Shown: piece by piece, positions 12,961-26,094 of the stretch
How positions within the stretch are numbered: the first letter of the stretch is position 1
Layout: each line of letters starts with the position of its first letter
NCBI RefSeq assembly: GCF_022045235.1
Contig: NW_027266271.1
Coordinates: forward strand, 4,030,001-4,094,000
Direction: 5' to 3'
Origin: Haliotis cracherodii
Taxonomy: Eukaryota
DNA length: 64,000 bases
The notes under the pieces: model-generated
Told to the model about the DNA's origin: nothing
Databases searched by the model: none
The model's input: only the letters and a program-made list of their open reading frames with translations
Made by a program: the position numbers and the translations under genes

Positions 12961-15724
12961 CTGCAATAAAGAGCTACAGTTACTAGGATTTACCATTCAT
13001 TTATCACCGAAAGGATTATGTGCTGCAGAACACTGTTGAGCATGTAAGCACCGATATAGAAACAACTAGATATACTACAACTAGATATGAATGCTGTACG
13101 TGCACAGGTGATTAATGTGCATTCAACTGTAAATGATGTCTCCGATATATACATGACACTCTTAAAAACAGAATTGAATTATTTGTGAACATAATGCCAC
13201 CCATAAGAATATACATGATCTGAAATTTTTGATGTAGATATGTTTACATATCAATATGAAATTGTTAAGTGTACATAAATTTGATATTTAATACTTATCC
13301 TGTCTCACATAATGCATTTTGTCTCTTGTTTTTCCCCAAACAAGAAGGGGAAACTTTGCTTGCAAACGCAACTGTTTGCAACTTGAAACATGTAACCCAA
13401 AGTACAGTTAGACGAGTCAATCCTGAGAGGGGTACAAGGTGGGTAATACATCTTGTGAGACAGGGTCAGTTTTTAATATTAAATTTAATGTAAAATTAAC
13501 CAGTTTTTACTTATCCTGTCTCACAATATGCATACCTTAAGGATGGAGGGAGGTCGATTCAACCACTAACATCTGGTAGTGGAAATATAAGCCTCTCACA
13601 TGCATCACACAAATAGATTTACATCAGTAAATGATGTAAACTCAATAGGTATCCAGCACAAATTTCGATGAAATAAATTTACATCAAATAACTGGTGTAC
13701 TTAATAAGACACCTGTGCTTATGACTATATAATTCTCAGTTGAGAATAATCATGTACACAAAAGAAATGCATCATCGTCAATCAAGAGTTCAATGTAGAT
13801 TCTTCAGTGTACAGCATTAACGTATGTGGAGGAAAATTCATCTTTATTGATGGACGCCATCAAGTACCAACAGGCCAAATCGGTGAGGGCCAATAACGTC
13901 TTTGACGAAGACATCTCATAGGTATAGTGACCAGCAAAAACAGACTCAAGCTGTCATAAGTATTGCTCCTGGATGCTAGTGACAGGGCTATAACAGTGAA
14001 GAAACAGAAAACAGTGGCTTCCAATTACGGCGAAGCTCTTCATAGTCCTGAATGGACAAAGTGCCAATACCCACTGATCTGCTGATCCGACAAACAATGT
14101 TAGTGGTGGAATGGTAAACATTCAATCATGTTGACCAGTAGATAATTTAAGCGATGAAATCCCATCTGAGACCTGACTGCGCTGTGCCTTGCCTGTGTCT
14201 ATTGAAGTTGATCGTAAGAAATCTAGTGTGTGGCTAGATAGAACATGTCTGAGGTGAGATGACTCTGCCAAATGGAGGGTGAAGGAGGAGACTTCACCAG
14301 GCTGCTAGTCGGAAGATGGGATTGACGGGTACTTCAAGAAGGGTGTGAACCCAAATAGGGTGCAGCCAAAAGCAGTCATAGAGTTTTCAGAGGAGCAACA
14401 TCCACTGAGTTATGACGGCCACAAACTTGAGGTTGTTGATGTACCACAATCAGTGGTCATCCACATCCTCACTGCCTCCTGGTCCAGATGAGGGGTGCCC
14501 CAGCCCAGACAAGGTGAGTGGTGGTAAATGTCATTCAGCAGACATGGCAGGCATACACTGGCTGACTCCACCAGTCCCATAATGGTGGGATGAGGCGGGA
14601 TGAAGTGGCAGTTCAACTGTTGATGAGGGAGGAACGACCAGAGCTTAGCATCCAATGTTGGTTGTTTGGACGAATTCAAGGCCAACAGCTGCCAGATGAC
14701 TCTCTGGGTTTGAGTCTGAGCAATCAACTAAATGCTCACTTGGAATCTGATCCCCATCAGGTGGAGGAAGGAGATGACAGGCTTTGTGATTCTGGTAAAA
14801 CAGACGGGCCATTAAAATTCTTAAAAGTAGAGTAGGGAATCCAAGAAGTATGGGTACATGTAGATATACATTCTGTTGATCTGTGGATGGTCCCAGACCA
14901 GGAAGTTGAAGATGCATATACTGGACAGGTGTCTGTATGGGTCCACAGCACACTTAGGGGTGGGTAATGGATGACATGTGGCGTTACAGAAAGCTGATGC
15001 CTTTCCTTCAGGAGTGAAATAATGAATGGGTTGTCCAGGATAGTGAACTTGGGCCAGAACTGCTGCAATCTGCCACCTAACGGGGTTGGTGTCACCTGAA
15101 CAACTAGGGATGGAAGGTCCTAGTCATCCAGCACAAGAGAATGAGACTGCCGTTCCCAGTCCCATCCTCTATTAGAGGCTGGTTGAAGGTGGATTGTCAG
15201 TCATTGCTAGTAACAAACAGTTGAACATTTACTTACCGCTGTGTCGTGTCATAGACTTTCTGCGGTACATCCTGGATGATGTGAAGAAAAGCATGGGAAC
15301 TGACAATGGCTGCTTCAAGAATCATATTGTCTAGTCAAAGTCCTATGAACTCTGAGTAATGTATCCCTGATGCCGAAGGAAGATGCATGTACCTGAAGCA
15401 TGTGCATGTGCATGTTAGCAAGGTGTGCCTCATTCAACGTCATTGGGTGATTGAGGGCAGCTGAAATGCCTGATTTGCCAACATGACAAGGGAGTCACCC
15501 AGGGATGATGATATGGAGCCAATCACAGGCTCAGCTGGCAGCTTTAAAACAAGCAGCTAAATTGTCACCTACCATGTGAAACGTTGACAATGAAGGGCCA
15601 GATTTCTGAGGGGAATCCCGAGACAGCTTGGATACCATTCAACATAATATACTGTCATACCATGAAGATCTGCATTAGAATTGACCTTCTGCAACTCATG
15701 CATGTCCTTTGAGTCAACTAACTA

Positions 15725-16003
15725 GTGGTGAGTGAGTTGGGTTTAACGCAGCTTTTAACAGTATTCCAGTTATATCACAGTGTGTCAGCTTAATGTGGGA
15801 AGAAAGCCCGAAGTGATGCAGGTCTCAGATGTTTACCACTTCGGTGAAACCCACGAGTACGGGTATGGTGCTGACAAACCTAGAAACATAATTGGGGAGA
15901 ACCGGGATTCAAACCCACAATCATAGGTTTCTGGCGTGCCCAAGGGACGCAACTCTGCACAGCAAATCGCGGCACCTCAGACGACTGGGCCACCCGTGCC
16001 CCC
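15725..16003 (-). mobile_element. tRNA-headed SINE family B
   Basis: 13-bp TSD agtcaactaacta at 15712-15724 and 16004-16016. A box gtggcccagtcgtctgagg, B box gggtttgaatccc. 3' tail shared with family A. Confidence 0.85.
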
Positions 16004-16151
16004 AGTCAACTAACTAAATTCACCCTATTCCAACTGCATTGATAGATGCTCATGATGTCAATGACATATACCTGGAATATTGCTGAGTGTGACGTTAGAC
16101 AACATCGAGGCAACCTATGGACACTGCTTAGATCCTTGTGGTAGTCTGGGG

Positions 16152-19100
16152 CAACCATGTAGGTCTAGGAAGAATATGGATATCCTCAGCAAAACACCTG
16201 GTGAACTGTAGTGTGGTATAACAGCCATGTAGGTCTAGGTAGAATATGGATATCCTCTGCAAAACACTTAGTGAGCTGTAGTGTGGTATAACAACCATAT
16301 AGGTCTAGGTAGAATATGGATATCCTCTGAAAAACACTTGGTGAACTGTAGTGTGGTTTACAACCATGTAGGCCTAGGTAGAATATGGATATCGTCAGCA
16401 AATCACTTGGTGAGATTAATGTGGTATAACAACCATGTAGGTCTAGGTAGAATATGGATCCTCTGCAAAACACTTGGTGAGCTGTAGTGTGGTATAACAA
16501 CCATGTAGGTCTAGGTAGAATATGGATATCCTCTACAAAACCTGGCGAAATGTAGTGTGGTATAACAACCATGTAGGTCTAGGTAGAATATGGATATCCT
16601 CTGCAAAACACCTGGAGAGCTGTAGTGTGGTATAACAACCATGTAGGTCTAGGTAGAATATGGATATCCTCTGCAAAACACTTGGTGAGCTGTAGTGTGG
16701 TATAACAACCATGTAGATCCAGGTAGAATATGGATATCCTCTGCAAAACACCTGGTGAGCTGTAGTGTGGTATAACAACCATGTAGGTCAAGGTAGAATA
16801 TGGATATCCGCTGCAAAACACTTGGTGGGCTGTAGTGTGGTATAACAACCATGTAGGTCTGGGTAGAATATGGATCCTCTGCAAAACACTTGGTGAACTG
16901 TAGTTTGGTATAACAACCATGAAGGTCTAGGTAGAATATGGATATCCTCTGCAAAACACTTGGTGAACTGTAGTGTGGTATACAACCATGTAGGTCTAGG
17001 TAGAATTTGGATATCCTCTGCAAAACACCTGGTGGGTTGTAGTGTGGTATAACAACCATGTAGGTCTAGGTAGAATATGGATATCCTCTGCAAAACACCT
17101 GGTGAGCTGTAGTGTGGTATAACATCCATGTAGGCCTAGGTAGAATATGGATATCCTCTGCAAAACACTTGGTGGGCTGTAGTGTGGTATAACAACCATG
17201 TAGGTCTAGGTAGAATATGGATATCCTCTACAAAACACCTGGTGGGCTGTAGTGTGGTATAACAACCATGTAGGTCTAGGAAGAATATGGATATGCTCAG
17301 CAAAACACTTGGTGAACTGTAGTGTGGTATAACAACCATGTAGGTCTGGGTAGAATATGGATCCTCTGCAAAACACTTGGTGAACTGTAGTTTGGTATAA
17401 CAACCATGTAGGTCTAGGTAGAATAAGGATATCCTCTGCAAAACACTTGGTGAACTGTAGTGTGGTATACAACCATGTAGGTCTAGGTAGAATATGGATA
17501 TCCTCTGCAAAACACCTGGTGGGTTGTAGTGTGGTATAACAACCATGTAGGTCTAGGAAGAATATGGATATCCTCAGCAAAACACTTGGTGAACTGTAGT
17601 GTGGTATAACATCCATGTAGGCCTAGGTAGAATACGGATATCCTCTACAAAACACTTGGTGGGCTGTAGTGTGGTATAACAACCATGTAGGTCTGGGTAG
17701 AATATGGATATCCTCTGCAAAACACTTAGTGAGCTGTAGTGTGGTATAACAACCATATAGGTCTAGGTAGAATATGGATATCCTCTGAAAAACACTTGGT
17801 GAACTGTAGTGTGGTATACAACCATGTAGGCCTAGGTAGAATATGGATATCGTCAGCAAATCACTTGGTGAGATTAATGTGGTATAACAACCATGTAGGT
17901 CTAGGTAGAATATGGATCCTCTGCAAAACACTTGGTGAGCTGTAGTGTGGTATAACAACCATGTAGGTCTAGGTAGAATATGGATATCCGCTACAAAACC
18001 TGGCGAAATGTAGTGTGGTATAACAACCATGTAGGTCTAGGTAGAATATGGATATCCTCTGCAAAACACCTGGAGAGCTGTAGTGTGGTATAACAACCAT
18101 GTAGGTCTGGGTAGAATATGGATATCCTCAGCAAAACACTTGGTGAGCTGTAGTGTGGTATAACAACCATGTAGGTCCAGGTAGAATATGGATATCCTCT
18201 GCAAAACACCTGGTGAGCTGTAGTGTGGTATAACAACCATGTAGGTCAAGGTAGAATATGGATATCCGCTGCAAAACACTTGGTGGGCTGTAGTGTGGTA
18301 TAACAACCATGTAGGTCTGGGTAGAATATGGATCCTCTGCAAAACACTTGGTGAACTGTAGTTTGGTATAACAACCATGAAGGTCTAGGTAGAATATGGA
18401 TATCCTCTGCAAAACACTTGGTGAACTGTAGTGTGGTATACAACCATGTAGGTCTAGGTAGAATTTGGATATCCTCTGCAAAACACCTGGTGGGTTGTAG
18501 TGTGGTATAACAACCATGTAGGTCTAGGTAGAATATGGATATCCTAAGCAAAACACCTGGAGAGCTGTAGTGTGGTATAACAACCATGTATGCCTAGGTA
18601 GAATATGGATATCCTCTGCAAAACACTTGTTGAGCTGTAGTATGGTATAACAACCATGTAGGTCTTGGTAGAATATGGATATCCTCTGCAAAACACCTGG
18701 TGGGCTGTAGTGTGGTATAACAACCATGTAGGTCTAGGTAGAATATGGATATCCTCAGCTAAACACCTGGTGAGCTGTAGTGTGGTATAACAACCATGTA
18801 GGTCTAGGTAGAATATGGATATCCTCTGCAAAACACTTGGTGAACTGTAGTGTGGTATACAACCAGGTAGGTCTAGGTAGAATATGGATATCCTCTACAA
18901 AACCTGGTGAAATGTAGTGTGGTATAACAACCATGTAGGTCTGGGTAGAATATGGATATCCTCTGCAAAACACTTGGTGAACTGTAGTGTGGTATAACAA
19001 CCATGTAGGTCTGGGTAGAATATGGATATCCTCAGCAAAACACCTGGTGAACTGTAGTGTGGTATAACAACCATGTAGGTCTAGGTAGAATATGGATATC

Positions 19101-19350
19101 CTCTGCAAAACTCTTGGTGAGCTGTAGTATGGTATAACAACCATGTAGGTCTGGGTAGAATATGGATATCCTCTGCAAAACACATAGTGAGCTGTAGTTT
19201 GGTATAACAACCCTGTAGGTCTAGGTAGAATATGGATATCCTCAGCAAAACACTTGGTGAGCTGTAATGTGGTATAACAACCATGTAGGTCTGGGTAGAA
19301 TATGGATCCTTTGCAAAACATTGATGAACTGTTGCATGGTGTGACAACCA
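16152..19350. repeat. 70-bp satellite, ~45 units, with higher-order structure
   Basis: Unit caaccatgtaggtctaggtagaatatggatatcctctgcaaaacacttggtgagctgtagtgtggtataa. Confidence 0.98.
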
Positions 19351-20190
19351 CAAAGGTCTTGCTGCAAAGGGAAGGTTGATGAAATGAAGCATGTCAAGTA
19401 GTCCGTTTTCCAGCTTTTCAGCTTTTCATGAAATGTCTCATGGAGCACACCTACATGTATTGATAACACAGCAACTAAGACATGAAAGAAGGCTTGGGCC
19501 TCATATGTCATGAACAGGCGACTTTAGAGTGAGATGTTTCAAGTTGCAAATGGTTGCCCTTGAAGCAAAGTTTGAACTTCTTATTCGGAAATGAGACAAA
19601 ATGCCCAGTGTGAGACAGCGGAAAAGTAAAACTTTATATATTCTGTATGTGTATAGAAGAAAGTTACTCATGTAGATCTGCAAGGTAATGCTAAATATGA
19701 ACAAGGCTGATCCATTTAATGCTTAAAATTCAATTTCTGCCTTCTCATTGTCCATCTTAACAATGGTAATCTTAATGAATTTAAATGTTTCCGAGGCAGT
19801 GAATTATTAATTTAGTACTGATATTCATAAATATGTATCAATACATTATTGACATAAATTGTTTCTACAGATACATCGATATCGCAATATACAATGACAT
19901 CCCTACTGTTGATACGTACTATTGTAAATTCAAAATTGTAAATCTTTCACAGCAATACAAACGATAATGTGTTTTCTCATTTTTCTTCATGCCATCGTTC
20001 ATTGGCAAACATCACCGGAAATCCTTTAATTTCCTGTATAAATTGGACTATCAACTAGAGCAAGGATACCGACAAAACCAAATAGTTAATACCTTCCTGA
20101 ACCCTATATAACTGATGATAGCTAATTCAGTATCTATCATATTTATCCACTGCCGGGGTACTGCCTCTTTATGCTGAAGTATGTACTTAC

Positions 20191-20244
20191 CAGCCGGCTG
20201 AATCCACCAGATATGATAGCTACACCCCCAGGAACATCCGACAC
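20191..20244 (-). CDS. DNAJC13: DNAJC13 coding exon 6 (VSDVPGGVAIISGGFSRL)
   Basis: gatcag acceptor, GTAAGT donor, 54 nt. Motif GGFSRL. Confidence 0.93.
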
Positions 20245-20806
20245 CTGATCACAAACATAAAGCAGTTCCTTAGAACAACAGTAATGTGTGATAACATCAG
20301 AAAAAACAGGCAGGTAAATAAACATCCCTTTTACATGACACCGTATAATGAGACAGGTGTGTTTAACAAGCTTCATATAAATACTGAAACCTACCATACT
20401 GCAGCCTATATCAATAGTACAGGAACATTTAACTATTGAGAATATTAGGGGGAAAATGATACATCGGTGCACTGGTGCATATGATACACATTACCTTTTT
20501 TTACGATGCACTTGCTAAATTATATCACAAACTATTCATTTAATAACCCCCCAGCATTTTTGTCAGTCAAATATTTGCTAAATCTGGTGTAATTAGTAGT
20601 CCAAGTTTTTTTACCTGCTCTGAAATATTTCTAGTCAAGAAGTTTCCATGCGATTTGACGTATATATGAGTATGGACTGAGATACGTATCATATCGTATC
20701 GTATCGTGACCTTCCTGTATCGTTTCAATGCTAGAGGATATGGTCAAACTACTTAAGATTTATCGATGGCAAAAGTCCAAATATAGACAAAAATAGCACA
20801 AATGTT

Positions 20807-21012
20807 AACCACATATGATTACATGACACTTTTCCCTATGGATAACAACTTCTTTTACTCTTTTGTAACAATATTTCACAGCTACTTCTTGCCCCTTCAT
20901 CAGGTGAATACTGAGCTGGCTGATGAAAGGGCTAGAAGTAGCTGTGATATGTTGTTACAAAAGAATAACGGAAGTTGTTATCCATTAAAAAGTGTCATGT
21001 AATCATGTGGTT
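20807..21012. mobile_element. ~200-bp palindromic (foldback) element, copy 1
   Basis: Two ~95-bp inverted arms around the spacer gtgaatactgagctgg. Homologous to 31066-31245. Confidence 0.85.
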
Positions 21013-21624
21013 CCAATGGAGTTCCACCTTGTAAACTAAAGACGAGCTGACTTATGGATGTCAAATTGTTTCTGTCAAAGCAATGTCCCAATACAGGTGA
21101 TAGTACAACACCCTAGAACACCTTACAACACCCTAGAACATCTTACAACATCTAACAACACCTTACAACACCTTACAACACCCTAGAAATTGTCTTCCTA
21201 AAGTACTACCAGAAATGATAGAAAAACAGTTTTTCGTCTGTTAAAACAAAATGGGATGTTTCACAGGCTGATGCTATCCAGTAACTACTGTTCTACCTCC
21301 TGTCAGTTTGGCCCCAATAGAGAATGATGAATTGCAAAGTAACTCAAAATCGGGAATACATGTAGTCCATTAAATGTCAATACAGTACATGACTATGAAT
21401 ACCCTGTACTCCCAGAGTAATTACTCAGGAGATCAAGGAAAGGTTCTCCTTACAAAGTATCTATATCTTCGTAATTTTAGTATCCCACTTCAAATGATGA
21501 CTGAAAAGAAAGCAGTTGGCACAGATCGAAATCATCTCGTTATCAATGTTCTAGTTAGCTAGTTTCAGATAGAAAAAGAATTGATTGCATTAATAAGCTT
21601 TTTCTTCTTCTTTCTTTACATATA

Positions 21625-21783
21625 TACTGTGGGAAACAAATAAGGGAACACATGAAAGTACACGTTCCTTTATTCTTTTCCAGGTTTCTTCGCATGCTTT
21701 GAATTGCTCTGTGGGTGAAAATTTGGAAATAAATAAAGGAATAGTGTGATAAAGTGGTGTTCCCTTATTTGTTTCCCTCAGTA
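21625..21783. mobile_element. ~160-bp Tc1/mariner-type MITE
   Basis: TIRs tactgtgggaaacaaataagggaacac and gtgttcccttatttgtttccctcagta, flanked by TA. Confidence 0.8.
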
Positions 21784-22000
21784 TAATGTGATCACTATAG
21801 TGGACAAATATCCTGGAAGCAATTATTTTTTTACGATGTTATTAAATTTGCAATTTTGCAAAGGGTGATATGATTAAAAGCTGTCCCCGAGTGATTTTTT
21901 CAAATTGTTAAATTGTTGAATTAATATGGTGACAAACATTTATGCAATGTTTCAGCACATTTGTTTCCATTCTTATTGAAAGTGTACATGACATATGAAC

Positions 22001-22147
22001 CTGTGTGAGTCCCTCAATGTTGTTGTAATCATATGATGCCAGGACTTGGTTTGTGGCTGGGTGGATCTGATCTAGTGATCCCTGGTTCACCTCCAAGATC
22101 ACTGGGACTCGGTCATCAGACCAATGGTGCTTATAGGCATTGAATCT
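22001..22147 (-). CDS. DNAJC13: DNAJC13 coding exon 5 ([11 protein letters not shown]...[11 protein letters not shown])
   Basis: tttccag acceptor, CAG|GTTCAT donor, 147 nt. Motifs YKHHWSD and PATNxVLxSYDY. Confidence 0.95.
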
Positions 22148-22764
22148 CTGGAAATAGACAAACACATAATAACAACATATCTCAGAGTCTGTTCAAAACA
22201 ATTTTTAAAGTAAAAAATTTCTAATACCATCAGCAACGAACCAAGAATCATCAAATATTTCCCACACACAGTGGAAATTAGAATAACAAGTCAAAAGTGA
22301 CATATTTCGAGCCAGCCTAATTTGAAACCTTATTGCACTTCTATTATATTACCTGTGGCCTGAGAAAACAGCTTTAAGGTTACAAGTCCCATGTCCCTCC
22401 ATACTTAAAAGACCTGTGAAGATCGGGGGTGAAAGAGGTCTTCAGCAAGCCATTGTTGGGAACATCCGGAAGAATGATACTTAATGATAAAATGTATTCT
22501 ATATAATTGTGTTTGTGTATTAATCATAATAAAGTGCAGTCAATGAGGGTGCCACCCCAATATTTAAGGCTCCAAGCCGAAAGGCTGGAAGCCCTATTGT
22601 AATCGGTCGATTTATTAGGGCTCCAAGCCGAAAGGCTGTAGAGCCCTATTGTAATCGTTCGATTTATTAGGGCTCCAAGCCGAAAGGCTGTAGAGCCCTA
22701 TTGTAATCGTTCGATTTATTAGGGCTCTATGCCTGAAAGGCAAGAGACCTATTGTAATCGTTCG

Positions 22765-22811
<47 letters not shown>

Positions 22812-25600
22812 TGGCGTTTTTTGTTCCAATCATAACTCAAGAACTACAGCTCAGAATCTCTTCAAAATTGGCACCAAGATTTCCAATGTCCTGAAGCAGA
22901 TACTACAAAAATCCCAAGGCCGTAGGCCCAAAGACCAAGGGCAGATAACCAAAAAACAAGATATTTTTAAACATTTATGTTGGCCTATTGCTCCCAAACC
23001 GCTTGTCTGATTACTTTCAAAGTTGGCATGTGTCTGCTGCTTTAGGTGCCTGCCATTTTTTGTTCTTTGACTTTGGCCATTGGTCACGTGGTTTGGCAGC
23101 CATATTGAATTCAAGGTTTTCCCAGTGTTTTGGGGGTACATGTCTTCAAAAGCATGGAACTCTGAATCCGCTTAATGAAATGCTTCCAAACTTTCTGAGA
23201 ATTGTCTCCATACACAACAAATCAATATTTGTCATTGGCCATCTTTGATAGTTGCAGCCAAATTTGATTTTGATTTTCATCACCGAAATTTTACTTTAAA
23301 GATCATGTCTAGTACGGTTCTTTAAAGAAACTATTGAAAGTTTGCATGAAGTTAGTTTCACATATGTACTTCATTTTGTGTTCTTGGTTGCATGCTAAAA
23401 GTAACACTGCTTGGTGGTAATATGTGATTTATTTCAAAAATACTAAGAATGAAGCCTCATAAAATCTAGGTAGGATTATTTCCCTTTGACTGTAGACTAC
23501 CCTTGAAGATGAGGGTTAGAATTGGTCTTCAGCAGCCCATGCTTGTCTTGATAGGCAATTATCAGGATTGTGTGGTCAGGCTCCCTGACTTGCTAATTTA
23601 TTTCCCAATTGCCAAATGCTTACTTTTGACGGCTGGGCCACCCGTGCCCCCCGACACCCCCAGAACAGGCCAATTTCTTGCAGCCATGTCCAACCTGCCT
23701 GCAGTTGCTATGTTTTACGACGTTGGTACAAACAAACCATTTGAGGATTCGAACATGGTCTAGGTCTGAAATGGATTTAGAACACTCTGATTCACTCTGG
23801 CACGCTCAATTTTGGAGCGTTGACGTCCTGCAAACGGTGACTATCTTTTGACTGAGTTGGTACAAGCAAACCCTTTGTGGATTCGAACATGAGGATTTGA
23901 GGTCGTAGATAGGTTTAGAACAGCCTTTGACACCCAGCACATGCGAATGTCATAGCGGCACTGTCCGCAACCGCTGCCTAAATTTGACGGAGTTGGTACA
24001 AGCAAACCAGTTTAGGATTTAAACATGGTCGAAGTCAGAAATGGGTTTAGAAGATAAAGGGTATACCCCAGAGCCGTCAATTTTGTAGCGGCAATGTCCC
24101 GCAAGCGCTGCTTAAATTAGACGCGATGGTACAAGCAAACCATATACGGATTCAAACATGGTCGAGGTCGGAAATGAGTTAAGTAGCCCTCTGACACTCC
24201 GGCACACGCCAATTTCGAAGCGGCAATGTTCTTCAAGCGGTGTCTGTCTTTTGACGGCGTTGGTACAAGCAAACCATTTGAGGATTCGAACATGGTCGAT
24301 GTAGGAAATTGGTTAAAACACTATGGGACACCCAGGCACATGTCAATTTCGTTGTGGTGATGTCTCACAAGCAGTTCCTTACATTTGACGGCGTTGTTAC
24401 AAGCAAACCATTTGAGGATTCGAACATGGTCAAAGTCAAATGTGAGTTAAAAACTCACTGGGACACATGTGGTGATGTCTCGCAAGCGGTTCCTTGCATG
24501 TGACGGCGTTGGTACAAGCAAACCATTTGCGGATTCGAACATGGACGGCGTCTGAAATGGGTGTAGAACATCCCGGGACGTTCTGGGACACGTCAATGTC
24601 GTAGAGGCCATGTCTTGCAAGCGTTTCCTAACTTTTGACGGCATCGGTACAACCAAACCAATTGGGGATTCGAACATGGACGAGGTCGGAAACAGGTTCA
24701 GCACTTTATTTAAGCAATACGACAGAAACCCGGGGTCCTGGTGAAGTCAGAACACTAATCCGTTTGACTGTAGCTCAATGGACAAGGGAGCTACGCTCCC
24801 GGACTATTTGACCCCCTGCCACCCTGCCACCCTGCCACCCTGCCACCCTGCCTGCCAACCCTGCCTGCCACCCGGCCTGTCACCCTGCCTCTCACCCTGC
24901 CACAAGCTGCCGTACAACAGACCTCTGAATAGCAGACCTTTAAACACTTGTAACTCGGAAACTACAGGTCCGATTTTGACCAAATTTTGTGTGTGTATGT
25001 AGAGTGGGATTGTAGAGGCGATGCCTTGCAAGGGTTTTTCTTACTTTTGACGGCGTCGGTACAACCAAACCAATTGGGGATTCGAACTTGGAGGAGGCCG
25101 GAAACAGATTCAGCACTTTATCTAAGCAATGCGACAGAAACCTGGGGTCCTGGCGAAGTCAGAACACTAATTCGTTTGACTGTAGCTCAATGGACAAGGG
25201 AGCTATGCTTCCGGACTATTTGACCCCCTGCCCCCCTGCCCTCCTGCCACCCTGCCACCCTGCCTGTCACCCTGCCCCAAGCTGCCGTACAGCAGACCTC
25301 TGAATAGCAGACCTTTGAACACTTGTAACTCGGAAACTACTAGTCCGATTTCGACCAAATTTTGTGTGTGTATGTATATTGTAATCATATTGTCCTATTG
25401 TAATCTTTCGATTATTCGATTATTAGGGCTCTAGGCCCTTGGACACCCTTGTACACGTCAATTACGTAGCGGCGTCTTTATTTGACGGCATTGGTATAAA
25501 GAATCCATTTGAGGATTCGAATATGAGCAAAGACTGGAATGGGTAGAGAACAACCAAGAAAGCTCTGGCTCCCGCCAATTTTGTCAAAACAGACATATGA

Positions 25601-25826
25601 GGTGAGGTGAAATGAGGTTTAACGTCGCGTCCAAGATTATTGCACTTATATAGCGACGTGCATGTACGTGTGTGGGACTGATGCCGATATATAGTGCTAG
25701 CTCACTGAGATACCATGCTGCAGTTTAACATGAATACCCCACTGAGACACAGTATACTGACTCCGAGCCGACCAGTCCTTGTTTTAGGGCGGACGCTCTA
25801 CCACTAGACCACGGAGGCGGTCTAAT
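25601..25826 (-). mobile_element. SINE family C with a Meta/MESC-like core
   Basis: 9-bp TSD gacatatga, tRNA-like head gaccgcctccgtggtctagtggtagagcg, core gactggtcggctcggagtcagtatactgtg. The core name is from memory. Confidence 0.7.
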
Positions 25827-25924
25827 GACATATGAAGTAATAAATTACACTATAGCATATTCATCTGCAATGCATTTATAAAGTGGATTCAAATTGACTG
25901 GAACTAAATGATTTATTGGCATGA

Positions 25925-26094
25925 GGGGCGGTCGGGTAGCCTAGTGGTTAAAGCGTTGGCTCGTCACGCGGAAGAACCGGGTTAGATTCCCGACATGGGT
26001 ACAATGTGTGAAGCCCATTTCTGGTGTCCCCTGCCGTCATATTGCTGGAATATTGCTAAAAGCGGCGTAAAAACATACTTACTCACTCACTCAC
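25925..26094 (+). mobile_element. SINE family A, full length
   Basis: TSD tattggc(a/g)tgag at 25914-25925 and 26095-26106. (CACT)n tail. Confidence 0.92.

Larger units (their letters stand above)
13264..19632 (-). mobile_element. DIRS-type retrotransposon 2, decayed, containing a SINE and a 70-bp satellite
   Basis: ITRs at ~13290-13390 and ~19533-19632, ICR at 13453-13534. RT N-terminal remnant LGGRLQQFWP at ~15060-15090. YR C-terminal remnant near 13860-13950. Confidence 0.8.

Noticed and set aside
16186-19511. Many overlapping 100-200-aa ORFs
   Set aside because: Translations of the 70-bp satellite. The unit is not a multiple of 3.
22615-23010. Poly-Ile and poly-Tyr ORFs
   Set aside because: Translations of the (TTA)n microsatellite.
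23700-24720. CRISPR-like pattern: conserved ggtacaagcaaaccatttgaggattcgaacatgg separated by variable sequence
   Set aside because: The intervening sequences are homologous to each other, so these are diverged ~130-bp tandem repeats inside a HINE. There are no cas genes and the context is eukaryotic.
25925-26000. tRNA-like sequences (also at ~11960-12031, ~10256 and ~15900-16003)
   Set aside because: These are SINE heads with bodies, microsatellite tails and TSDs. They lack a proper acceptor stem.
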